Of a stretch of 64,000 bases of DNA, positions 9,169-18,506 are shown piece after piece. The stretch's first letter is position 1; each line of letters begins with the position of its first letter. The DNA is from Candidatus Iainarchaeum sp. (GTDB lineage Archaea; Iainarchaeota; Iainarchaeia; Iainarchaeales; JAAZKV01): contig JAPLVR010000003.1 of assembly GCA_026397015.1 (NCBI GenBank), positions 283,280-347,279 of the forward strand, read 5' to 3'. The notes under the pieces were generated by a model. It was not told the origin of the DNA. It did not search any database and saw nothing but the letters and a program-made list of their open reading frames with translations. The position numbers and the translations under genes are program-made.

Positions 9169-9282
9169 AAAACCAATAAAAACTTATTTACAGAAGGATT
9201 TAAAAACTATTTGTTTAAGAAATATCAATATTGTTCATAAAGTATAGACGTTTTGGTTGGTTTTTTAGTTTTGGTGGACAAA

Positions 9283-9885
9283 ATGGCCAATAAACAGAAA
9301 CAAAAAGAAGGTCAAACTGACCAAACAGGCCAAAAAACACCAAGCGAAGAAAATATTCAACCAAAAGTCGATGAACAAGAACAAAAAGGCGAAAAAAGCA
9401 GTTCGAAAGAGGCAGTAGAGATATTGAAGGAAGTGGGAGAGCTTACTGAAACACTTCAGCGCGTACAGGCAGAATTTGAAAACTATCAGAAAAGAGTTCA
9501 GAAACAAAATGAGGAATTCAGGCAATACGCAAATTCAAAATTAATGGAAGAAATTTTGCCGACGCTCGACACACTGGAACAAGGAGTTATACATAACAAA
9601 GGATTTGTGGGCGTCCAGAAACAGATAATGCAAACTCTTGGAAAAAACGGGCTTGAAAAAATAGCGGTAAAAGAAGGTGACGATTTCGACCACGAAACAA
9701 TGGAAGCAATGATGCGAGAAAGCAACGAAAAAATCGGGGATGGAAGGGTGGCAAAGGTTTTACTGGGCGGATATAAATTGAACGGAAAGATTCTGAGGCA
9801 TACAAAAGTTTCGGTGAATAAGTTAGAAAAGAAAAACGAAGAAAAAAATGAAACAAACGAAGAAAATGGCAAAAAAGTATTTTAA
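9283..9885 (+). CDS. grpE: Nucleotide exchange factor GrpE
   Basis: RVQAEFENYQKR, LPTLDTLE, FDH..MEA and GYKLNGKILR. Confidence 0.94.
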   Translation: MANKQKQKEGQTDQTGQKTPSEENIQPKVDEQEQKGEKSSSKEAVEILKEVGELTETLQRVQAEFENYQKRVQKQNEEFRQYANSKLMEEILPTLDTLEQGVIHNKGFVGVQKQIMQTLGKNGLEKIAVKEGDDFDHETMEAMMRESNEKIGDGRVAKVLLGGYKLNGKILRHTKVSVNKLEKKNEEKNETNEENGKKVF

Positions 9886-9904
9886 AAACAGGAAAGTGAA
9901 ATTT

Positions 9905-10855
9905 ATGGTAAATTATAAAACTGGTTATTTAGATATTGGGCTTCCCAAAGAAGACTTAAAAATCATAAAACGAATTTCAGAAATAAGAAAATTAGGGAAC
10001 TTCCAAACAGTCAGAAAAACCATTGGCGATAAAAAATTAGTTTCGTTGATAAATAGGCTTTATCCAAAAAATAATATTTCAACTCTCGAAAAAATATTTG
10101 GTGTTCCTGATTCATCAATCAATTACTGGTTTAAACAACTTGAAATTAAACCCTCCAGAAAACATGTAAACAATTTGGTGGTCCCGGCAAATTTTAATGG
10201 ATCCTCTGTTTTTTCAGTTGGCAACAAGTCAACTAATTTTTCAGCGATTAGAATTGACAAAGATTTAGCTTATTTAATTGGATTCTGCATTGGGGATGGA
10301 AGCGTCCAAAAATATGCCATAGATGTTTTCAACAAAAATCACGGGATGAAAGAATATCTCAATAAAATTATGGCAAGATACGGAAAAGTAAAAGAAACGA
10401 ATCGAAAAGATGGATTATGGAAGCTAAGGCTTTCAAGTGTCAAAATAGCTGATTTAATAAAGAGGAATTCCATAATCAGAAATGACACTTTGAATCACAT
10501 TTTTTCTGAGAAAATACTTGCCGGAAATTTTCTTGCTGGGCTTTGGGATTCGGAAGGGAGTGTGCTAAAACAAAAAAATTATTTTCACGTTTATTTGTAT
10601 AATTCCAACAAAAAACTTATTGATGAAGTTTCCAATTATCTTGAAAGAGATGGAATTCAAAATTCAGTACTTGCTATGAAAAAAAGACTCAACCGCTATG
10701 TTCTGCAAGGAAGAGTGGTGAAAGCAAAGAAAACTGTATATCGCATTGGGATAAAAAAAACCAGTTTGGATAAATGGGTTAATTTAATTGGTTTGCATTT
10801 AAAACACGACAAAAAATATGTCGTAGTTAAACAAATTTTGGAGGAGTGTGATTAA
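9905..10855 (+). CDS. Free-standing two-motif LAGLIDADG homing endonuclease-like protein with N-terminal HTH-like segment
   Basis: [13 protein letters not shown] and [12 protein letters not shown] motifs; [22 protein letters not shown]-like; visibly more AT-rich than grpE/dnaK. Confidence 0.85.
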   Translation: MVNYKTGYLDIGLPKEDLKIIKRISEIRKLGNFQTVRKTIGDKKLVSLINRLYPKNNISTLEKIFGVPDSSINYWFKQLEIKPSRKHVNNLVVPANFNGSSVFSVGNKSTNFSAIRIDKDLAYLIGFCIGDGSVQKYAIDVFNKNHGMKEYLNKIMARYGKVKETNRKDGLWKLRLSSVKIADLIKRNSIIRNDTLNHIFSEKILAGNFLAGLWDSEGSVLKQKNYFHVYLYNSNKKLIDEVSNYLERDGIQNSVLAMKKRLNRYVLQGRVVKAKKTVYRIGIKKTSLDKWVNLIGLHLKHDKKYVVVKQILEECD

Positions 10856-10857
10856 AT

Positions 10858-12777
10858 ATGGCAAAAATCGTAGGTATAGACCTTGGAACATCGAACAGCG
10901 CGGCAGCAGTGCTTGAAGGGGGAAAACCGAAAATAATTCCCTCGGCGGAAGGAAACACCGTTTACGGGAAATCATTCCCGAGCTACATTGCTTTTGCAAA
11001 AGACGGAAAACTTTTGGTCGGAGAGCCGGCGAGAAGGCAGGCAGTAACAAATCCGGACAGAACAATTACGAAGGCGAAAAGAAAAATGGGCACCGGCCAC
11101 AAATACAAAATTGATAACAAGGAATATACGCCGCAGCAGATTTCCGCTTTCCTTCTTCAGAAAATAAAAAAGGACGCAGAATCTTTTTTAGGCACAACAG
11201 TTGAAAAAGCGGTAATTACCGTGCCAGCTTACTTTGACGACAATCAGAGGCAGGCCACAAAAGATGCGGGAGCAATCGCAGGATTGGAAGTAATAAGAAT
11301 AATTAACGAGCCAACGGCTGCTTCGCTCGCATACGGTTTGGACAAAAAGGGAAAAGAATCAAAAATACTTGTTTTCGACCTCGGAGGAGGAACACTCGAC
11401 GTAACAATAATGGAAATGGGCGACGGAGTTTTCGAAGTAAAATCAACTTCAGGGGATACGGCGCTCGGCGGAACTGACATGGATGAAATTTTGCTTAAAT
11501 ACGTTGCGGACGAATTCAAAAAAAGTGAGGGCGTCGACATTAGAAAGGATTCAATGGCTGTTCAGAGAGTAAGGGAGGCTGTTGAAAAGGCGAAGATAGA
11601 GCTTTCAACTGTGCTTGAAACGGACATAAATTTGCCTTACATTACGGCGGATCCGACCGGCCCGAAGCACTTGGCGATAAAACTGAACAGGGCGAAACTT
11701 GAAGAGCTTGTTGAGCCGCTGATAAAGAGATGCGAAAAACCGATAACACAGGCGTTGGCGGACGCGAAGCTTACAGCAGCAGACATTGACAAAATAATTT
11801 TGGTCGGAGGGCCAACGAGAATGCCTTCAGTACAGAAATTAATAAAAAAAGTTGTCGGAATCGAACCGGAAAGAGGTGTTGACCCGATGGAATGCGTTGC
11901 GATGGGCGCGGCGATACAGGCAGGGGTGCTTGTAGGAGAAGTAAAGGATGTGCTGCTGCTCGATGTAACACCATTGTCTCTTGGAATCGAAACGCTCGGA
12001 GGAGTATTCACAAAACTAATCGAAAGAAACACCACAATTCCGACAAAGAAATCGCAAATATTTTCAACCGCGAGCGATAATCAAAGCGCAGTCGACATAA
12101 ATGTTTTGCAGGGAGAAAGACCGCTGGCAAGGGACAATAAACCACTTGGAAGATTCCAGCTCACTGGACTCTTACCCGCGCCGAGAGGGCTTCCCCAAAT
12201 AGAAGTAATTTTTGACATTGATGCAAACGGAATAGTTCACGTAACGGCAAAGGACAAGGGAACCGGAAAGGAACAGAGCATCAAAATCGTTGCTTCGCAA
12301 AAATTAAATGAAGCCGAAATAAACAGAATGAAAAAGGAAGCGGAAGAGCACGCGTCCGAAGATGTGAAAGCAAAGGAAGAAATCGAAATAATCAACAATG
12401 CGGATGCGACAGTTTATTCGGCGGAACAAATGCTGAAAGAAATAAAGGAAAAAATCGGCGAAAAAGACAGAAAAGAAATTGAAGAAAAACTGGGCGCATT
12501 GAAAGAAGAACTAAAGAAAGAGCAGAAAGATGCGCAAGGCGTAAAAACAAAAATGGAGGAACTCACTTCGAAGCTTCAGGAAATCGGCAAAAACTTCTAC
12601 CAGCAGGCGGGAGGAAGCGGACCGCAGAACGAAAACTGGGAAGGAGGAGGCAATCCGGAAAAAGAAGGCGGGGAAAGTGAAAACAGGGGCGAAGAAAATG
12701 ACAATGTTGTTGACGCCGAATTTGAAGAAAAAGATTCGGACAAAAGCGGAAAGGACAAGAATAAAAAAAGAAAGTAA
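10858..12777 (+). CDS. dnaK: Chaperone DnaK (Hsp70)
   Basis: [34 protein letters not shown] and [14 protein letters not shown]. Confidence 0.99.
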   Translation: MAKIVGIDLGTSNSAAAVLEGGKPKIIPSAEGNTVYGKSFPSYIAFAKDGKLLVGEPARRQAVTNPDRTITKAKRKMGTGHKYKIDNKEYTPQQISAFLLQKIKKDAESFLGTTVEKAVITVPAYFDDNQRQATKDAGAIAGLEVIRIINEPTAASLAYGLDKKGKESKILVFDLGGGTLDVTIMEMGDGVFEVKSTSGDTALGGTDMDEILLKYVADEFKKSEGVDIRKDSMAVQRVREAVEKAKIELSTVLETDINLPYITADPTGPKHLAIKLNRAKLEELVEPLIKRCEKPITQALADAKLTAADIDKIILVGGPTRMPSVQKLIKKVVGIEPERGVDPMECVAMGAAIQAGVLVGEVKDVLLLDVTPLSLGIETLGGVFTKLIERNTTIPTKKSQIFSTASDNQSAVDINVLQGERPLARDNKPLGRFQLTGLLPAPRGLPQIEVIFDIDANGIVHVTAKDKGTGKEQSIKIVASQKLNEAEINRMKKEAEEHASEDVKAKEEIEIINNADATVYSAEQMLKEIKEKIGEKDRKEIEEKLGALKEELKKEQKDAQGVKTKMEELTSKLQEIGKNFYQQAGGSGPQNENWEGGGNPEKEGGESENRGEENDNVVDAEFEEKDSDKSGKDKNKKRK

Positions 12778-12873
12778 TCCAAACACTAACAACCCGAACG
12801 ACGGAAAAAAAGAAGTTTGGCACGCCGCATAATCATTGGCGCGCGCCCGATTGCCTGATGCAGAGTTGATTTA

Positions 12874-13995
12874 ATGGAAAAGGATCACTACGAAGTTCTT
12901 GGACTGAAAAGGGGTGCCCAGATCGAAGAAGTAAAGAAAGCGTACAAGCGCCTTGCAAAAAAGTATCATCCCGATGTTTCAACCGACAAGGAGGCTGAAA
13001 AAAAATTCAAGGAAATAGCGGAAGCATACTCCGTGCTCTCGGATCCTGAAAAAAAACAGAACTACGACAATTACGGAAACACTTACAAACAGTTCGAAGG
13101 ATTCAGCGGATTCGATTTCGGAAAAGGGTTTGACTTTGATTTCGAAAACATATTCAACCAGTTCGGATTTGAAAATTTTTCTGATTTTGGAAGCGCCTTC
13201 GGTTCAACGAACAGGCGGGGAAAAGATTTCGGTTCAAACATAAAAGCCGAAATATCGCTCACATTTGAAGAAGCGGCATTCGGCACAACAAAGCAAATAG
13301 CCTACAATAAAACTGTCAGGTGCAAAAACTGCGGCGGAAGCGGAGCGGAAGGCGGCAAATTCAAAACCTGCAAAAACTGCGGCGGAAAAGGATATTCCAT
13401 AAGGCAATCAAACCAGGGATTTATGGTTTTCCAGTCAAGAAGCGTATGCCATCACTGCGGTGGAAGGGGAAAGGCCCCGGAAAAAAATTGTTCTGAATGC
13501 AACAGTCACGGTTTTATTAATAAGAGGGTTTCGCTCGAAGTAAAAGTGCCCGCCGGAATAAATACGGGAAACCATTTGTTCCCGATAAAAGGCGGGGGAA
13601 ACGAGGGAACGGATGGCGAAGGCGCACTTTTTGTTGTTGTGTTTGTTGAGCCGCACGAAATATTCAAGAGGGACGACGCCGACATTTACACGGAAATTCC
13701 TATTTCCTTTACCGAAGCGGCGCTGGGTTCAACAGTTGAAGTACCGACTTTGAAAGGAAAAGCGGATTTAAAAGTGCCCGCGGGAACTCAAACAGGCACA
13801 ATATTCAGGATGAAAGAAAAAGGGGTAAAACACCTGAACCAAGAAGGATTCGGGGACGAATATGTTAAATTAATTATAGAGACTCCTAAAAAAATAAGTG
13901 AAAAACAGAGGAAACTTCTCGAGGAACTGGAAAAAGAAGCGCAGCTGGCAAAAAAAAGAAAAAACTTTTTTTCAAAAATAATAGAAAAATTTTGA
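12874..13995 (+). CDS. dnaJ: Chaperone DnaJ
   Basis: J domain with HPD, G/F-rich linker, four CxxCxGxG-type repeats, C-terminal domain. Confidence 0.97.
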   Translation: MEKDHYEVLGLKRGAQIEEVKKAYKRLAKKYHPDVSTDKEAEKKFKEIAEAYSVLSDPEKKQNYDNYGNTYKQFEGFSGFDFGKGFDFDFENIFNQFGFENFSDFGSAFGSTNRRGKDFGSNIKAEISLTFEEAAFGTTKQIAYNKTVRCKNCGGSGAEGGKFKTCKNCGGKGYSIRQSNQGFMVFQSRSVCHHCGGRGKAPEKNCSECNSHGFINKRVSLEVKVPAGINTGNHLFPIKGGGNEGTDGEGALFVVVFVEPHEIFKRDDADIYTEIPISFTEAALGSTVEVPTLKGKADLKVPAGTQTGTIFRMKEKGVKHLNQEGFGDEYVKLIIETPKKISEKQRKLLEELEKEAQLAKKRKNFFSKIIEKF

Positions 13996-14055
13996 TGCAC
14001 CGGCAAAAAGAAAAGAATTTAATACACTATAGCGCACCTATATATCTGATTCGCG

Positions 14056-14622
14056 ATGGCAAAACTTGCTTATGAGAGAAAAAACGGTTTCTTCGTGCTC
14101 GCAATTTTTTTCGTGGTAGCAGTTGTGTCCATTTACATTCTGATGGGGCACCCCTCGTTTGGAGGAAGCTCCTTAACACAGGTTGATGATGCCACAGCTT
14201 TGAAAGAGCTTGCGGCAACCATTGCAAAACACGGAGTGGAAAACGGCTTCATCCCTATTTCAGTAAAAATGGAGGGTTACATAAACGATCTCTCAATTCT
14301 GAGGGGAAGAACTGGAAACGGGAGCGCTTCAGCCATAATTGATGCCGAACTTTCTTCGGCAAATAGCCATTATTATTTGACAAGAGCGCTTGAGGAATTA
14401 AATCTCATAGACAGGGCAAAACCGAACTGCGGCGGCGCCGAAATAAAAGAAATAATTTTGTTCTGCGATTCCTCGATAAGAGAGGCGAATGCAGCGGTTG
14501 CAAAAATAAATTCTCTCAACGGGGAAGACAAGGAAAAGATAAGGGAAAACGGGCTTGAAATTGCGCAGTCCAACATTGAACTGGCCGAAGAAGTGAAGGC
14601 GCAAGTAAACAAAATCTGCTAA
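14056..14622 (+). CDS. Hypothetical protein with N-terminal TM/signal anchor
   Basis: Single N-terminal hydrophobic helix followed by a helical soluble region. Confidence 0.7.
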   Translation: MAKLAYERKNGFFVLAIFFVVAVVSIYILMGHPSFGGSSLTQVDDATALKELAATIAKHGVENGFIPISVKMEGYINDLSILRGRTGNGSASAIIDAELSSANSHYYLTRALEELNLIDRAKPNCGGAEIKEIILFCDSSIREANAAVAKINSLNGEDKEKIRENGLEIAQSNIELAEEVKAQVNKIC

Positions 14623-14678
14623 AAGTTTTTCTAACCGGCTCGTTTGGAGGGGACCTGAAAAGCGCCGAAATAATTCTT

Positions 14679-15320
14679 ATGCAAAAAAAATCTGGCGAAA
14701 AAAAACGCCGCGAAGAAAAAAAATTCCGCAAAATCGGCGCGGAAGCTGTGCTGACGGAAAAAATTTTCATGGGAAAAAAGGCTGTTTCAAAGAGGCGACT
14801 GAAGAAAAAATATAGAAACGGGGCGCTCGATTCGGCGATAAGAAAAAAAAGAACGAGGGCGGAAGCGAAACTGATAAGGGCGGGCGCGCCGATTGTGAGA
14901 GTTCCTTCCATATTCAATGTTGATGAGGCGGACGCGGAAATATTGATGGAATTCATCGAAGGGAAAAGACTGAAAGAAGTTGTTGAGAAGAGAGGAAGCC
15001 TTTGCACCCTCGCAGGAAAAGAAATAAGAAAACTCCATGACTGCGGAATAATACACGGCGACCTCACCACTTCGAACATAATTGTGGTTGCCGGGGCAAA
15101 GGGCGGGAAAAACGGATTGTGCTTAGTCGATTTCGGCTTGGGTTTCTTCTCAAACAAAATCGAGGACAAGGCAACCGACTTGATTGTGTTCAAAAAAACG
15201 TTTAACGCGACGCACTCAGGACTGAGAGACGGCTGGGCGCTTGTGATGAAGGGTTACGCGCCGAACGAAGAAATGAACTCAAAGATGAACGCGATTGAAA
15301 AAAGGGCGCGTTATCATTGA
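14679..15320 (+). CDS. bud32: KEOPS kinase/ATPase Bud32
   Basis: GAEA, K.R..K.YR...LD..IR..RT..EA, IIHGDLTTSN, VDFGL and IEDKATDL. Confidence 0.95.
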   Translation: MQKKSGEKKRREEKKFRKIGAEAVLTEKIFMGKKAVSKRRLKKKYRNGALDSAIRKKRTRAEAKLIRAGAPIVRVPSIFNVDEADAEILMEFIEGKRLKEVVEKRGSLCTLAGKEIRKLHDCGIIHGDLTTSNIIVVAGAKGGKNGLCLVDFGLGFFSNKIEDKATDLIVFKKTFNATHSGLRDGWALVMKGYAPNEEMNSKMNAIEKRARYH

Positions 15321-15433
15321 CTGCCTCGCCGCTTCCCGATTAGCTTTTTAAAGGTTCCTTTAGTTAGAGTATTAAGCATAATTTTGTTGTTCTTTTCCAA
15401 GCCCCGAGGGTTGGAAAGGTTAAATTAAAAAAA

Positions 15434-15952
15434 GTGGTAATTGTGAAGAAGAAAAGCGGAAGCGCCGAAGAGGAAACGAAGGCAGCAGTTGCCGCCGAAG
15501 AGAAAGAGGAAAAAGAGCCGGTGCCCGTGAAGGCGAAGAAAAAGGTTTCTTCAAAAAAGAAAGTTGTGCAGGTTTCGGTTTCGCCGAAAGAAGCCGAAGA
15601 AATTGTTGTTTCTCTTTCGAACGCCGGGCACTCGCCGAGCGAGATAGGGCTCATTCTAAGGGATGAACACGGCGTAAAAAATTTTTATGTTCATACCGGG
15701 AAAAGAATACAAAAAGTGATGGCGGAACACAAACTGGTAGGAGAAGTTCCTGAAGACATGTTGAATTTGATAAAAAAAAGCGTTGCCCTGCAGAATCACC
15801 TGGCAAAAAATAAAAAAGATTTTTCGGCAAAGCGCGGATATGAGATAACGGTTTCAAAAATAAGAAGACTTGCCGCTTACTATTCAAAGAAAGGAAGGAT
15901 TGCAAAGGACTGGAAGTATGATGCGGAAAGCACAGCATTACTGGTAAAGTAA
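15434..15952 (+). CDS. rps15: 30S ribosomal protein S15 (uS15)
   Basis: SPSEIGLILRD.HG, PEDM.NLI.K, KD...KRG and SKIRRL..YY. Confidence 0.94.
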   Translation: MVIVKKKSGSAEEETKAAVAAEEKEEKEPVPVKAKKKVSSKKKVVQVSVSPKEAEEIVVSLSNAGHSPSEIGLILRDEHGVKNFYVHTGKRIQKVMAEHKLVGEVPEDMLNLIKKSVALQNHLAKNKKDFSAKRGYEITVSKIRRLAAYYSKKGRIAKDWKYDAESTALLVK

Positions 15953-15971
15953 ATGAGGAATTTTATTTTGA

Positions 15972-16577
15972 GTGGTTTTTATGGTTGAAGAAAAAAAATC
16001 AAAGGGCGCACACAAGAGCGTTGACAAGTGGAAGAAGAAAAAATGGTTCATTTTGAACGCTCCAAAGGTGTTTGATGGCAGGGTTCTTGGAAGCTGCCCT
16101 GCGGAAAAGCCGAAGAATATTATGGGCAGGACAATAAAGGTAACGCTCGATGTGATAACCGGGCAAAGGGCCATGAGGGATGTTGCAACTTATTTCAAGG
16201 TAGTGGATGTTCAGGGGCAGAATGCAAACACCAAAATTTCCTGCTTTGAAACAAACAGGGGTTACCTAATGAGAACAATAAGGAGAAGGGCGAGCAAAAT
16301 CGCGCTGATTGAAAAAATTCCTGTTAAGGGCGGGGATGCGAGGGTAACGATTGTGGCAGTAAGCGACAGGAAATGCACAAAGGGTCAAAAGACCGGCGTG
16401 AGAAAAGTAATTTCTGAGGAATTGAAAGTTATAAGCGGAAAAGAAAATGAATTCGATGATGTCGCAAAGGAACTTTTGTTCGGAAAGTTCAACAATGCTG
16501 TTTTCAAGAGGGCAAAAAATATTTGCGCCATGAAAAAGGTAATAGCAGCAAAAGCCACATTCATTGAGGCAAAATAA
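15972..16577 (+). CDS. rps3ae: 30S ribosomal protein S3Ae (eS1)
   Basis: DKWK.KKWF.L.AP..F, GRTI.VTL and IRRR.SKI; follows rps15. Confidence 0.92.
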   Translation: MVFMVEEKKSKGAHKSVDKWKKKKWFILNAPKVFDGRVLGSCPAEKPKNIMGRTIKVTLDVITGQRAMRDVATYFKVVDVQGQNANTKISCFETNRGYLMRTIRRRASKIALIEKIPVKGGDARVTIVAVSDRKCTKGQKTGVRKVISEELKVISGKENEFDDVAKELLFGKFNNAVFKRAKNICAMKKVIAAKATFIEAK

Positions 16578-17275
16578 TGGTTTCTTTGGAAGAAATGCTG
16601 GTAGTCCTCGCCCTTCTTTTGGCATTCTCAATTTTTTCTTACAAAAAAAAGCTCCTCGACACCGACGGAATATTAATTGCAAACGCAATCGGAATAGCGG
16701 CAATGCTTTCCGGCCCGAACAGGCTGGCGAATTTTTTTGTTGTAGTAATTTTCTTTCTGATTGCGGAACTGGCAAGCAACTTTCCGCTAAAAAAGCACGA
16801 AACCCGCGGAATAAGAAATATTGTTGGCAACGCTCTTCCGGCGCTCATAATGCTCTTCATGACAAAGATTTTTCCGCAGAACCCGCTCGCCTTTGAACTT
16901 GCTTTTTTTGGAGCGGTTTCGGCTGCGCTTGCTGATACTCTCGCATCCGAAGTCGGTTATTATTCAAAAAAGGACCCGGTAATGATAACCACTTTTAAAA
17001 AAGTAAAACCAGGCATTGACGGCGGGATAACGGTGCTCGGCGAATCCGCCGCATTTGCAGGAGGGCTTTCAATCGCAATGATTCATTTTTTTCTCTACAG
17101 AAACATTTTCATGTTTTTTGTGATAATACTTGCAGGAATATTTGGGACAAATATTGACTCGCTTTTCGGGGCGACATACGAAAGAAAAAAAATCATAGGA
17201 AATACCACTGTAAATTTCATCGGAAGCCTTTCGGGCGCGCTGCTTGCCCTCGGATTCGGGCTGGCGCTGCTTTAA
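16577..17275 (+). CDS. DUF92 (TMEM19/VTE6 family) membrane protein
   Basis: R...NI.GN, ADTLASEVG, ITTFK.V.PG.DGGIT..G and G.NIDS.FGA. Confidence 0.88.
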   Translation: MVSLEEMLVVLALLLAFSIFSYKKKLLDTDGILIANAIGIAAMLSGPNRLANFFVVVIFFLIAELASNFPLKKHETRGIRNIVGNALPALIMLFMTKIFPQNPLAFELAFFGAVSAALADTLASEVGYYSKKDPVMITTFKKVKPGIDGGITVLGESAAFAGGLSIAMIHFFLYRNIFMFFVIILAGIFGTNIDSLFGATYERKKIIGNTTVNFIGSLSGALLALGFGLALL

Positions 17276-17342
17276 AATATGTGCGATTTCAAAACCCTGC
17301 AAAAGCTTTTATCCCCTCTCAACAAAGTATCTTTGAATTGAG

Positions 17343-17879
17343 TTGATTTTTATGGAAAATGAAATCTTAAAAATCGCAATTTTGATAGCCGCATATGCCG
17401 TGCCGATGTACTTTGCAAATGCAGCGCCCCTGCTTTTTTTCAATTACCATTCAAAAATTCCCCTTGATTTTGGAAAAAAAATCGGGAAGGAAAGAATTTT
17501 TGGAAAGGGAAAAACCTGGCTTGGAACGGAAATAGGAATACTTTCCGGTTTAGCTGCCGCATGTATTTTTGGTTTTGCACTGCCTGCTGTGTATGAAATA
17601 ATCCCTAATTATTTTGCCGTTTCGGCGCTGCTTGCAATAGGGGCAGTGCTTGGCGACATCGCCAAAAGCTTTTTGAAAAGAAGAATAGGGATAGAAAGCG
17701 GGGAAATGTGGATTTTTGCTGACCAGCTGGATTTTATTGCGGGTGGCTTTTTACTGAGCGCGGTCATAAGGGTTCCAGAAATAACGGTCATATCGATAAT
17801 TGTGGTTGCGACCGTTTTCATCCACATAATAACAAATTTTGCCGCGTTTAAAATGAGAATAAAGAAGGTGCCGTGGTGA
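17343..17879 (+). CDS. carS: CDP-archaeol synthase (CarS, DUF46)
   Basis: P.YFANA.P, PLDFG, RIFG.GKTW.G, GD..KSF.KRR.G and DQLDF. Confidence 0.9.
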   Translation: MIFMENEILKIAILIAAYAVPMYFANAAPLLFFNYHSKIPLDFGKKIGKERIFGKGKTWLGTEIGILSGLAAACIFGFALPAVYEIIPNYFAVSALLAIGAVLGDIAKSFLKRRIGIESGEMWIFADQLDFIAGGFLLSAVIRVPEITVISIIVVATVFIHIITNFAAFKMRIKKVPW

Positions 17880-18457
17880 AAAAAAAGAAACAAACAAAAA
17901 AAAGAACGAAAACTTTCAAAACCGGGCGTTCGAAAGGAACCGCAAAAAAAACAATAAAAAAGGCGCAAAAATCTGAAAAGGAATCGTTTAAAATCGCGGT
18001 CTTTCTGGCAAAGTTTTTTTTGCTGTTTGCCTTTTTCAGCTATGCGATTGAAAAAATTAATCTTTCAGCCCTGAACACGTACATTGCGGGCATTACTGCG
18101 GCAATCGCGGCGCTTCCTTTTTCAGGAAATGAAATAATTATTCCAAACGGCGAAAAATTTATTATAACAAATCTTTGCACGGGGCTTTTGAGCGGAAGCA
18201 TACTATTCTCAATAATTTTCTCGTTAAAGAGGCCTGCAATGAAGAAAAAAATAATTACTTTTCTCGCCGGACTGGCGGTTTTGTTGCTGGCAAACATTCC
18301 GCGCATTTCAATAGTTTTGGTTGCGGCAAAAAGCGGCTTTGACGCCGAACTTGTGCACACGACCTCATGGTTTTTAATGAGCGGGTTGGTGGTGCTGCTC
18401 TGGTACTACGGCACGAAAAAAATCGCGGGAATAAAAAATTTCAACGAGTTGATTTAA
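17873..18457 (+). CDS. Archaeosortase/exosortase family transpeptidase
   Basis: Multi-TM with a Cys/Arg/His triad pattern: IITNLCTG, ANIPRI and LVH. Confidence 0.78.
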   Translation: MVKKKKQTKKRTKTFKTGRSKGTAKKTIKKAQKSEKESFKIAVFLAKFFLLFAFFSYAIEKINLSALNTYIAGITAAIAALPFSGNEIIIPNGEKFIITNLCTGLLSGSILFSIIFSLKRPAMKKKIITFLAGLAVLLLANIPRISIVLVAAKSGFDAELVHTTSWFLMSGLVVLLWYYGTKKIAGIKNFNELI

Positions 18458-18506
18458 GGAATTTTTGCGAATTTTGCATCGGCAAATCAAAATCTAAAAT
18501 AATTTT

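Noticed and set aside
9848-10855. LAGLIDADG ORF as an intein or intron-encoded protein
   Set aside because: It has its own start and stop, no N-terminal Cys/Ser or C-terminal His-Asn splice motifs, and grpE and dnaK are both intact
13560-13610. Odd DnaJ segment [10 protein letters not shown] where LRLxGxG is usual
   Set aside because: Frame is preserved and downstream motifs are normal; could be local divergence or a small assembly error, not supportable as biology
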